A stretch of DNA of 58,002 nt, filler included, from Asterionella formosa (taxonomy: Eukaryota): the NCBI GenBank assembly GCA_002256025.1. It is 6 parts of 6 records of this genome, joined end to end, with 100 filler letters (N's around TTAATTAATTAA, not from the genome) between each part and the next. Parts side by side here need not be neighbours in the genome. Positions count along the whole stretch, not along the records: positions 19,387 to 28,971 come from NKIB01010451.1; positions 29,072 to 38,652 come from NKIB01010453.1; 4 more parts are not named here. One strand, given 5' to 3'. Below, piece after piece: positions 22,303-32,518 of the stretch. Positions within the stretch are counted from its first letter, which is position 1. The number at the start of each line of letters is the position of its first letter. The notes beneath the pieces are model-generated. The model had not been told where the DNA came from. It searched no databases and worked only from the letters and a program-made list of their open reading frames with translations. The translations under genes and the position numbers were made by a program.

Positions 22303-22653
22303 ATGTCGAACGTCCCCAATCTCCTCACCACCGTTGGTTGTCTCTTTCTACTGCACGCTGCCTTTTCCTGTTTTCATTTCCGAGGACTGCTGGAAGAGTT
22401 CGGCGTAGACCTTCAACAAGGCGGTGCAGCAGTCCCACCGCTGGACGTTGTTGTGGAAGCCGTGGTGGGTTGGTGCATGTGCTTGGTAGGACAATTGACA
22501 GCGATCGGTCCATTGCGGTCCACATCAATGAGTGGGGGAAAACGAACGCAATTGGTCGCACCTAGCTACATTACTAGAGATTTTGATTGTTACGATCATC
22601 GAGATAAAGCGATTCGGACCAAATATGTTGCGACCGTTTTGACCAAAACGTAA
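22303..22653 (+). CDS. EMC5: ER membrane protein complex subunit 5 / membrane magnesium transporter (MMgT) family
   Basis: 116 aa, two TMs; LLHAAFS..PLDVVVEAVVG..DFDCYDHR motifs. Confidence 0.8.
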   Translation: MSNVPNLLTTVGCLFLLHAAFSCFHFRGLLEEFGVDLQQGGAAVPPLDVVVEAVVGWCMCLVGQLTAIGPLRSTSMSGGKRTQLVAPSYITRDFDCYDHRDKAIRTKYVATVLTKT

Positions 22654-22766
22654 GGTGGTGAAGGGATTTGTTATGGCGTTTTGCAGCACGATGCTAGTGT
22701 GTGCGCAAATTCAAAAAACTAAAATACTAGCTAATACCTTTTCCACATTCAATTTTGTTCGTTTGC

Positions 22767-24116
22767 TTATTTCAAACTCCCCACCCCCACATCCATGCAA
22801 GCATAGTAATCGGGCTTGCGGAACGCGTCTTTCATGATAGTCCAAACATTGTCATCCCCCTCTCTTGTTCGGTAATACTCCGGAGCAATCTTTCGTAATT
22901 TCCACAATTGATGTAAGGGAATAGACGGAAAGTCGTGATGTTCAGTATGAAAATTCGTTCCCATTGTCAGAATACTATACCATCGCCCGGCATACGTGGA
23001 GCTACTAGGGACACAATCTTTTCCATCAGAGGAGGGACTGGCATGATTCGTCACGAACATGCTGCAGCAAGGATGTGGTGGGATGCTCCAGAGGGTTTCC
23101 GATAAATAGAGGAATAGTAGCGATTTGATGCCAGCAAACTTCCATAAGGACAGTCGTACTGCAGTAGCTACCCTCGCATACAATGCACAATCAGCGTGGA
23201 ATTCTGGCGGTTTATTGGGGAAAAAGAAATTTCGGCCCGTCACAGCAACGACGACATCGTTGAGCACCAACATGAGGCGTTCGTACATAAAGGAAAGGGC
23301 AAAGAAAAGCATGTTGCGGAGTGTACTTCCATCTCTCCACATGGAAAACCCGCCTTTAGATATGCTCATTTTCACTTCTTTGCCAAAAATAGTAAACTTG
23401 GGACCAATGTCGCCCTTTAATTTCATCCGGTGAGCGACAAAAAGCACATCTCCGTCTTCAAAGTCCACTGATGGTGAATCAAAGAGCTGTGCCAAGGACG
23501 CTGAACCCTTGTCGCCAACATTGGTGTGGTGAGTCAGATGGCCTCGTTTCAAGTATAGGTAATATCCAAAAACAGACGGCATGCTGCCGAAAAACAAAAT
23601 AATATTTTGTAGGTGCTTCTTGGGCATGCCAAATATTTTTAGCTTGGATTTATGCAGCAAGGATCCGTGAAGATTGTCATGCAGTATTTGCAGTTGCCAA
23701 AGGGAAAAGATAGAGCCAGGAAATATGGATAGTAAAACGACTTGGTATAGTGGAAGTCGAGCGGATAGGACGGAAAGACACAGCAAAAGAGAATTTCCAA
23801 GCAGGAGAGTGGGCAGAGCTAAGTTTTGACTGGACGACGCCTTTTCCATGGGGATGATTTCACCTCCATAGAGCGAAATCATTTCTTTTCGTCGGTCGCG
23901 GTGCCAACGAGCTGCATCTGAAAAGATGGGAGTGGTTGAAATGGATGTGCTTGATGAGCTCACATACAGCGGTGTTGACGAAGGACGAATTCTGTTGGAA
24001 GGGGCCACAAGAAGTGCAACCACTCGAGTTGATTTGAATGCGCTGTTGTCTGTGCCACAATGCAATATCAGAGCTAACATGGTGAGTATCTGTGGACATG
24101 TGCGAATCGTCGGCAT
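22767..24116 (-). CDS. Membrane fatty-acid desaturase, sphingolipid delta-4 (DES1/DEGS)-like
   Basis: His boxes HDNLH, HLTHH, HTEHHDFP; N-terminal HRDRRKEM motif; long N-terminal extension. Confidence 0.85.
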   Translation of the reverse strand: MPTIRTCPQILTMLALILHCGTDNSAFKSTRVVALLVAPSNRIRPSSTPLYVSSSSTSISTTPIFSDAARWHRDRRKEMISLYGGEIIPMEKASSSQNLALPTLLLGNSLLLCLSVLSARLPLYQVVLLSIFPGSIFSLWQLQILHDNLHGSLLHKSKLKIFGMPKKHLQNIILFFGSMPSVFGYYLYLKRGHLTHHTNVGDKGSASLAQLFDSPSVDFEDGDVLFVAHRMKLKGDIGPKFTIFGKEVKMSISKGGFSMWRDGSTLRNMLFFALSFMYERLMLVLNDVVVAVTGRNFFFPNKPPEFHADCALYARVATAVRLSLWKFAGIKSLLFLYLSETLWSIPPHPCCSMFVTNHASPSSDGKDCVPSSSTYAGRWYSILTMGTNFHTEHHDFPSIPLHQLWKLRKIAPEYYRTREGDDNVWTIMKDAFRKPDYYACMDVGVGSLK

Positions 24117-24351
24117 GGTACTACTGGTATTTAGATGCGAAAAATGATGCCTTGGTGCATAGACAAATAAAAGGCACTCCCATCATCCTCAGCTTTCATC
24201 AAGCAATTCCTGTGAACACATCAAAAAAATACTGGTACATGAATGATTAATACTGTCTCCATTTTCCATGAACACCACATCATCAGATCCTTGTTCGAGA
24301 ATGTTGTATACCTGGTACCAGGTACCAGGTACCTGGTACCGAGTACCGGTA

Positions 24352-24490
24352 TGTCAAGAATACAGCATCAGGCCTCAATGGCTGTAATGAGTCACAAGGA
24401 CTGTGGACTCAGCTATTGTCCAATCATATGCAACCTTTTGTGCTTCAAACGTCTGTTGATAAAAAGGGCAATTGAAAGTCTTGTAAAAAG
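24352..24490 (+). repeat. LTR-like repeat, copy 2 (internally deleted)
   Basis: TGTCAAGAATACAGCATC..GGACTGTGGACTC.. Confidence 0.55.
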
Positions 24491-24572
24491 AATCCTAATC
24501 AGTCTTGTGTTTTCTTAGCTAAATTAATATTGTTTTCATGACGCCAATTGACTGAGTCGATCACTCTCATTT

Positions 24573-24710
24573 TGATTTTCAACTTCTTCATTGCTTGGCA
24601 AATCTTGGCAGCATTCCAAACTTAGATCTCTTGGCAAATCTTGGCAGAATTCCAGTCCTAAGTTTGGAATGCTGACAAGATTTGCCAAGAGATGAAGAAG
24701 GCGAAAATCG
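24573..24710. repeat. Long hairpin / MITE-like inverted repeat with internal direct duplication
   Basis: CTTGGCAAATCTTGGCAGCATTCCAAACTTAG versus CTAAGTTTGGAATGCTGACAAGATTTGCCAAG. Confidence 0.8.
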
Positions 24711-26028
24711 CAGAGCGCATCAATTTCATAATTTCAGAGAGTCATCACTTGTATACTCTCATGTAGAAACCTTGGTAGACTGAGTCCTCCCTCTGAGAAC
24801 AACTGCATGGTAAAGATCTTAATTAAGTACATATGCACAGCGAACAATGCAAGATCATGCACCATAAATATTCCATCTTCACACATCAGCCACCTGAATT
24901 GTCGTTGTTGTTGTCCTTGTCAACTGATATCTCATTTGTATTGTTCAATATATCACAACATCAGTACCCATCATGTTGCGCACCAATTTGATTATAGCCT
25001 ACTGGTAGTCAACATGTACTTAATGTTTGGGGTAAAGCATCCCTTCATGACAATACTAGGTACCAGGTAGTAGCTATGGCAGTGTCAACCAGTTTTTAAA
25101 AGTGAAGGCATTGGTCAAAATCCTAGCTAAAGTTAGGAAAAATAGGGGAAATAGGTACACAGCTACTGTTAGAATATTCAAAGGAAAAACCACCTGAGAA
25201 TCGCCCAGAAAAGGAAGACCATAATGCCATTGTAGATATGAGACCTTACTCCGGATATCAACCTGTGTGTGGCAACAACGAGTCACTCAATATATTGAAC
25301 AACGAAACCCAGGTTGATCGACATGATTTGTGATAGTCTACTAGCAAGAACAATAGTAGTAATATAGTAACGTCCATTCCCCATTTTGTTGTAACAACAC
25401 TACAGGTAAAGCGTTGTCTAAAGCAATCCAAAATTAGCTTGCTATGTAAATATTAGTGAAAGGTTGCATCGATACGATGTTGGATATTGGATGAAAAAAG
25501 GCACAAAAAAGAAACAGGCAGAAATTTTGAAGTGAAGATGTCATGAGATCAAATGTTTCGAAAACATTTGAACTCACAACCACTGTGTGTATCAGATGTA
25601 AACGCAGATTTTAGGATGCTGTAAGCTGCCTTGCAAAATTATGGAAAACAAAATATAAATATATAAACAACGCTGCATCTCAAACACGATTCAACTGCTG
25701 GGGGTCAAGACTTGCTTCATGACTCCCGCTGCAAGGTATACAAGGTTGCATGCACAGACGGCAGTCATAGTGAACGCAACTGCGTTGCCTAAACTAGCAA
25801 GAGTATTATTACTATGAACAAAAATTGAACAGGGCATTATCATCTTAGGATAATGGACATCGTATTCTAAATGTATTCTAAATGTCTAATAGTTTGTGGA
25901 AAGCAACATTTTGCTTATTCATATGATTATACTTGTGGGAACGATGTACGGTGGCTTGGAGAGTATTGCAAAAAATATACAATCACTAATTCTATGCAGG
26001 TCATCATTGAAAGATTTTTTTGTTTAGC

Positions 26029-27252
26029 TTAAGCATGTCTTTTTTTATTGGCAACAGCGACACAAGCCTGGAGATTCTCTAAAGCAGATTCGACTCTTGC
26101 TTCATATTCTTTGGTTTGTTCATCCATGGTCAGAGCCTGTATCATACTTTGGTGCTGAAGTGGGCATAACACCTTGCCAATACAAACAGTGAAACTCATA
26201 CTAGCCTTGGCACATGAGTCATCACTGTCACACTTCTCCAATGCAAGCTTAGACTGCGAGCATCCACTGATGGCCTTCCGAAATGTCTCTGATAGCGCAA
26301 TGGCTTCCTCTTCCGAAATTGGAGGAGGCAGCGACCCTTCTTCTTGGCGCTCTTTAGCTGCCTTTTGAATCGAATCCCAAACTTTGAGTGATTCTGTCAC
26401 CTGTGACTTCATACTTGCCGATGGCAACAGGTCCAATGGTTCAAATGAAGTTGTCCCAGATACTTGTGCCATGGGCATTCGAACCGCTCGATCATAGAAT
26501 AATTGAATGGAATCCAATGCTGGTCGCACATCGACCATCAAACTAGGAGTCGCCTCAAAGTCATGCATATCTGGTAACGCACTCTCGACGGTCTCCAACC
26601 CCTTGGTTTCGTCGTGATAGTAGTCAATGACGTACCGCACGCAGGTTCCATCACTTCTTTGGATAGTCCAATCATGTCTATCAAAAGGTAGAGGATATCC
26701 CAGAATGTAATGCTTCAAATAAGCCTTGGGTGACAAGTCGCTAGGCCGACCCAGAAATTTCAGCAACTTTGGTTGTTCCCCCGTAAGCAATTGTTCCCAC
26801 TGCAAGACTTTACTCCAAGTTCGTTCATTCATATTGTTGTGCAAGGCTACGACGGATTCTATTTCTCCTTCTTTGGTATCTCCTAGTTTTCCCTTTCTGG
26901 AGAGGGCGTTGTAGAACATTTGTGGCGAAGGATAGGTCCACGTAGTCCCAGTTTCTGCGTTTCCCTTGGGGATTGTAGATGCTTTACGGTCTGTCGAAAG
27001 AGACTCGGATTGAAAGGGAGATGGAAGCTGATTGGCTACGCTGGGCATTTGATTTGTAGGATCAATTGGTTGTGAGTAGACGTTGTATTGAGGCTGCTTC
27101 TTGACAGGGCACCATCCTCCATTTGAAAGCGTTGGGGCTCCATGCTTGACGGGGCATCCAGACGGCTTCTTCTCCTCGTCCTGCTTGACAGCAACTGGAC
27201 AACCGGAGGCTGGTTGCTCCGAAGAATTCAATTTAGACGAGGAGGATCCCAT
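26029..27252 (-). CDS. HCCS: Holocytochrome c synthase (cytochrome c heme lyase) with C-terminal Cys-rich extension
   Basis: Three CPV motifs; WTYPSPQMFYNAL, HNNMNERTW, PFDRHDW, RYVIDYY, DVRPALDS. Confidence 0.95.
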   Translation of the reverse strand: MGSSSSKLNSSEQPASGCPVAVKQDEEKKPSGCPVKHGAPTLSNGGWCPVKKQPQYNVYSQPIDPTNQMPSVANQLPSPFQSESLSTDRKASTIPKGNAETGTTWTYPSPQMFYNALSRKGKLGDTKEGEIESVVALHNNMNERTWSKVLQWEQLLTGEQPKLLKFLGRPSDLSPKAYLKHYILGYPLPFDRHDWTIQRSDGTCVRYVIDYYHDETKGLETVESALPDMHDFEATPSLMVDVRPALDSIQLFYDRAVRMPMAQVSGTTSFEPLDLLPSASMKSQVTESLKVWDSIQKAAKERQEEGSLPPPISEEEAIALSETFRKAISGCSQSKLALEKCDSDDSCAKASMSFTVCIGKVLCPLQHQSMIQALTMDEQTKEYEARVESALENLQACVAVANKKRHA

Positions 27253-27614
27253 GATAGTATAAGACGTTATGTAAGAGCCATGTAATAGAGAAACAGGTTG
27301 ACTGAGTCAATGACGAAAGGTAAAATAGCACTGAGTGAACGTCGACTTTTCTTGTGGTTACGACGTTAGTACCTGTTACCGTTGTAGGAGCACCGGTAGT
27401 TATCTCATACCAATGCATGGGAGTGATCACGACAAGAGAGACGTGATTTGCATTTGGCTATGCGTGGTGGTGTGGACCCATGTTCCTACATATCGTAAAT
27501 GCATTTATACCTTTATACCGGTATTTCGTAGAGGCATAGTGGTACCAGGTACACTGAATGTGTACCGGTACAGGAATCAATCATGATGGATTCCTCATCC
27601 ATTTTATTGAAAGG

Positions 27615-27624
27615 TATTATATAT
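27615..27624 (+). promoter_or_regulatory. TATA-like element upstream of the permuted tRNA
   Basis: TATTATATAT about 32-41 nt before the 3' half. Confidence 0.5.
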
Positions 27625-27655
27625 CTAAAAAACAACCTGTAGGCGTGAAACATAA

Positions 27656-27739
27656 TTCGAATGGTCACGTGTTCGACTCACGTTGGGTGCTGCGATTCCT
27701 CCGCACTCATAGCTCAGTGGTAGAGCGTTCGATTGCAGA
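27656..27739 (+). tRNA. trnC-GCA: Circularly permuted tRNA-Cys(GCA): 3' half 27656/7-27691, 11-nt spacer, 5' half 27703-27738/9
   Basis: Acceptor GCACTCA/TGGGTGC, D stem GCTC/GAGC, anticodon stem TTCGA/TCGAA, T arm ACGTG-TTCGACT-CACGT, anticodon GCA, discriminator U73. Confidence 0.9.
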
Positions 27740-27746
27740 ACAATGC

Positions 27747-27752
27747 TTTTTT
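27747..27752 (+). terminator. Pol III oligo-T terminator
   Basis: TTTTTT about 8 nt after the 5' half of the permuted tRNA. Confidence 0.7.
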
Positions 27753-27950
27753 ACAACTTCTCTTTTTATAATACCGGTAACGGGTACCAGGGGTCGTAGT
27801 GATCATTGCTTCGCGTCCTTCGAGGGCTCGCCAGCAGATTCTGTTTTCTTTTGATTTTTTTATTACCGGTACCCGGTAGTTTGTCAGGAAATAGAAATGC
27901 GGCATGGTACTGATGCACCTGTTAATGGACCGAGGGAGTGCCTGCATACG

Positions 27951-27951
<1 letters not shown>

Positions 27952-28013
<62 letters not shown>
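27952..28013. repeat. Poly-G run (62 nt)
   Basis: Direct observation. Confidence 0.95.
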
Positions 28014-28014
<1 letters not shown>

Positions 28015-29071
28015 GGAAAGCAGCACCTGTCTTACATTCAAGAATTTGCAGTCGTAGTTGGTATACATATGTGGTCAAACAGACTCAGGAGACTCCGGGC
28101 ACTCCAACACAACAATTCGGAGTATTTTTCTGCCCATGATACTTCATCAAATTAGCACTTTGTAAACTGTACCCCGACTTTATGCGAGACTTCTTAACTC
28201 ATTCAGCAACTTGAGCAGTTGGGATCAGTATTTGAATTTGAGTTACCCTCTCAGAAACCTCGTAGCCATTGTCGTCATAACATGATGAAAGGAGGCGAAT
28301 ATTTTGCAGGATGCACCATGTCGAATTCGTATACCCAAAATATGCTAGTTTGGAGTTGCATCGTTGACAAAGGTAAAGTTGCCCCAAGGCCGTGGCTTCC
28401 CAAATGGTCCTACACATTCACCAACTCTCAACCGAAAAACATCTGTTGGATCACCAGAACAGGAACCATTCACTGTACCAAAAAAGGATCTTGTGAATTC
28501 GAGTTCATTGAGAACCAAGTCAAAAACATCAAAGTCATCCCAGCTGGAATCATTTGGAAACAGTGCAAGCGGATTATAGCAGTGTTGAAGGGGAGTCTGG
28601 TAGGGCATGCAGCTAGATTGACAATGATCGGCGCATAGAACCGTGAAGAGTGATACTTGCAACGAAGCCCTTGAGGAATTTACAACGCTGAACCATAATA
28701 GGAGACTAAAGGGAGAGGCGCATCTGATTCCATGGCCTTGTTGATCTATACGAGAATATTTTGACATTTCAAAGCAAATAGAACAAACATTCGATTGCTG
28801 CAAAGGGAGTGGTATCCACTATCCACTTTACCAGTCGTATTCCTTTTGCTAAATTACCGGTACCTGGTACCAGGTACTAGCTACTTGGTACCGGTACACG
28901 ATACCACAGCCATCTCATTTTCACCATCGCTTGATACATAGAGGACCAGTACCTGGTACCAGGTACCAGGTNNNNNNNNNNNNNNNNNNNNNNNNNNNNN
29001 NNNNNNNNNNNNNNNTTAATTAATTAANNNNNNNNNNNNNNNNNNNNNNNNNNNNNNNNNNNNNNNNNNNN

Positions 29072-29674
29072 CGCTTCTTTCAGGAGCGCAAAGATATCAC
29101 ACAAAATCGCGCGACAAACCATCTTGCCGACATCATCTGCATCACATTTCGCGACCAGAAGAATGGGGAGAAGGACAAAACGATCACATTGAGTCGTACC
29201 ACAGACCCAATCATGTGTCCAGTCCATCAAGGCGCTTGTATTGTCAATCGCATCCTCGCCATCCCTGGACAAACCGCAGACTCCACAATAAACACCTACC
29301 AGTCCGGGAACCACACATACACACTAAAATCCGAGACCGCCATCAAACGTGTTCGAAAACTGGTGACGGCACTCGGAAGTGATCAACTCGGACATGATCC
29401 ACTTGACATAGGACTACACTCCATATGCAGCGCTGCAGCAATGGCGATGATTCTATCAGGAGTGCCAAACTACATGGTCATGCTAATTGGTCGCTGGAAA
29501 TCGGACGCATTTCTAATTTACATCCATAAGCAAGTGGCGGAATTTACGAAGTCAGTTAGCCAAAAGATGATCACGACAACGACATTCTTCCATCCGCCGG
29601 CAAATACAATAGCATTCACATGTCGATCGACAATGGCAGGGCGAGACGCGCATGCCATGGCTCATCTAACATAA
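29072..29674 (+). mobile_element. Tyrosine recombinase C-terminus of a DIRS/Ngaro- or Crypton-like element, degenerate and 5'-truncated
   Basis: ITFRDQKNG..CPV..IGLHSICSAAAMAM..MLIGRWKSDAFLIYI. Confidence 0.85.
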
Positions 29675-30514
29675 TCGTCGTGACTAGAAAGTGGATCGGC
29701 AAAGCGCAACTCGACTCCCGCTGAACCCGGAGATTGGATCCGCATTTTGAACCCGGATTCTGGGAAAGGGACACGTTTACTTAGCACCGAATTCAAAAAC
29801 CATTTATGCTACTTCTACTTAGTATTTCTGGCTCGCTATTCTAGTATTTGATGGGTCGATTTATATATTGCAGCTAAGTACCCACAAAGCTAGGACTACA
29901 CAGACTACATATGGAGAAAGACGAAACGGACGAGACGGTAATTGTGTCGAAGTTACTTCGCATTCAAGTCCTCATCCTCTGTATCTTGTACATATGTTCA
30001 CGTAGGTAATCATATACACATCTAAAAGTTGCCACGTGGCCAGTTAAGCGAAATGACCGGAACTGCAGGCGCTCGTCACTCTCTCCTAGACTTTGTATGC
30101 ACGCATACTTGGTACCAGTTGACTGACTACCAGGTACCTGGTACCCTGTTGAATACCAGGGACCAGGTACCACCGAGATTATTTCAATACCGGCAGGTAT
30201 ATATACTGTAAGCGTAGCATCCGTATGCAGTGTCCGGATGGATCCCTAGGTACCTGGTACCTGGTACCTGGTACGTAGTGGTATTTATCTCGCGTATGTG
30301 CTTACAATGCGTGTTGAATGCGCGAAAGATGCAATTCATTATTGTTATGTACGTATCATCAGACGCAGACAATCAACAATCAACAATCAACAACGACAAC
30401 TACAACTACAACAACGACAACAGAAGAACGAAAGCGAGCAAAGACCGACTCAATTAAAGATAGTGTTGATTGTTTATTCCGAATAGTACGATTCCCTTGT
30501 TCTTGCCGACCATC

Positions 30515-32016
30515 ATGGCCGAAAATAACGCAAACGACCATGAAATTAAGCGTCAGGCGATGACAGGACAATGGAGAACTCCTCCGTTGCCTACGTTTGG
30601 TCACACTGCCCCTCAAATTTCTATGGCACCTCAACTGCTTAAGCCTTTGTCGTCAGGCGACATACTATCGTCGATAACCGTTCCCGCCAACCCTCTGCAA
30701 GATGTGCCTATGCCGGAGTCTACGGACGATTACGCTAAAGCTCTACAGGAAGCATATCGTCGAGGAGCAGAAGCAGCAGCTTTGCTTCAACAACAGCAAA
30801 TGCAGTCTGCCCAGTCGTGTCCGAATTTACAGTACATCAACCATCAGCAGCAGTCTCCTCCGCACCAAGAGACGCCGACCCTGATGCAGCAATACCAGCA
30901 ACCGATGCAGATTCAGCAGCAGAACCATCTCCAGCATATACAAATTCAGCAGCACCAGCCCATGGAGACTCAGCAATACCGGCCAATGGAGACTCAGCAA
31001 TACCAGCCCATTGAGACTGCGCAACAAAAACCTTCGTCGGTTTGTGATCAAAATTCGATGCCTTCCGTTGTTCCTAATCCGCTCGCACCAATCCCTCCTT
31101 CGTCAGCACAATCTCAAGCGGTACATCTACAAATGGCTAATTCGAATGCCTCTAGAAGCGTCTCTTTGCCAGATATGCAATCGTATGCTGCCAGAGCTCA
31201 GGCGGAGGAAGAGAAACGAAAGAAGAGACTAGCAAGAAACCGTGCTAGTGCTAGGTTGAGACGACTTCGAAAGAAGAATTTGGTAAGTCGTGTTCCTGCT
31301 TTCATGTCTGGGTTTCTCGTTCCTTTTAAAATTCCTCATAATGGCATTTTGCGGTTCATATGTAGGTTGACTCTTACGAAGGCGAAGTGGGAGTTCTGGA
31401 AGCTTCCCTTCGGAAGCTGAAGGCGCATTCCTGGGGATCACACGCGTCGCACGAAGCTCTTCTTGAGGCTCTTTCTATGGAAAGAGGTCAGCAAGAAATA
31501 TCAGAAGAACAGCGACAACAACTGCTTCGGGAGATTGTCGAGCAACAGCTACAGCAAGCCCTGTTTCTTCAAGAAGCTCAAATGGAGCAATCTATTCTAC
31601 AGCTGGCGGTTGTTCAGCCAGATGATGAACTTAGTAGGGAACTCCAAGAGCTCCTTCAACTGACACCTCAGCAACAGCAGGAGATTTTCCGGGCAACACT
31701 GGGGCTCAACAAAGAAGTCGAAGCGCTTGACACTTTGGTGGCATGCCTTCAAGCTATGCAATCCACTGAATGGTTGACGAATGAAGGCGTTACTGCACTT
31801 ACGAAAGATTTTACGTCGATTCTTCATCCCAACCAACTTTCTAAGTTCCTTCTGTGGACAGATGCAAACGCCGAGGCTATAGAACAGTTGGATTACTGCA
31901 ATGCCCCACCTGGAGATGCAAGTCCACAAACTTCGCCCACCTTTTGTTTTGGTATCGATGATCACGGAAGTTCTACATTAAACCATCAGAATGCCATTGA
32001 CGAGGATGGAAATTAG
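30515..32016 (+). CDS. bZIP transcription factor, 2 exons: 30515-31282, 31366-32016
   Basis: KRKKRLARNRASARLRRLRKKNL|VDSYEGEVGVLEASL; Gln-rich N-terminus; in-frame 83-bp GT-AG intron. Confidence 0.9.
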
Positions 32017-32518
32017 GTGGGTTTAAATAGGGAGAGAATTTTTATTTAATCGCGTTACAGCATGTTTGCGTCCATGCTTTGGTTCGGATCGTGTCCATTT
32101 GTGCGGAAGTGTGTCGCAGGCACCTTGTGGATAGATGGTCGATCAAACGTACTCAACCAAGCAGAAAGCTTGCTTTACCAAATTGAGTTGACATTTCGTG
32201 TAGTTGTCTTTACTTGGTGTTCATTTTTAACCGTCAGGAACCTATGAATGATGGTGCAAATAAAATCACCAAAACATTGCATAAAATTCATTTCAAAGCA
32301 CCCTCGTTTGATATGGTTCGTGATCGGTCACCTAATATGGGGTACAGCAACCCTTAGCGTCGGTGGCCTGAAAACTTCAGCTCTGAGATTTAAGCCACAG
32401 GAGCAATTACAAATGATGCAGGACTCATTACAGGATGTTCTTTATGCTTGTTACTTCCAACTCAATGACGCTTTTGAGAGTTGGTTTCAGTCAATAGAGA
32501 TGACTTAAGAATCGTTCA

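Noticed and set aside
27703..27840. Reading the tRNA-Cys 5' half as an intron-containing linear tRNA or simple pseudogene
   Set aside because: No matching T arm or acceptor strand downstream, a T6 terminator follows immediately, and the fully complementary 3' half is upstream.
27884..28155. Poly-Gly / poly-Pro ORFs
   Set aside because: Produced by a 62-nt G homopolymer that may itself be a sequencing artefact.
28219..28803. Overlapping 139-aa and 152-aa ORFs
   Set aside because: No recognisable family; probably decayed repeat sequence.
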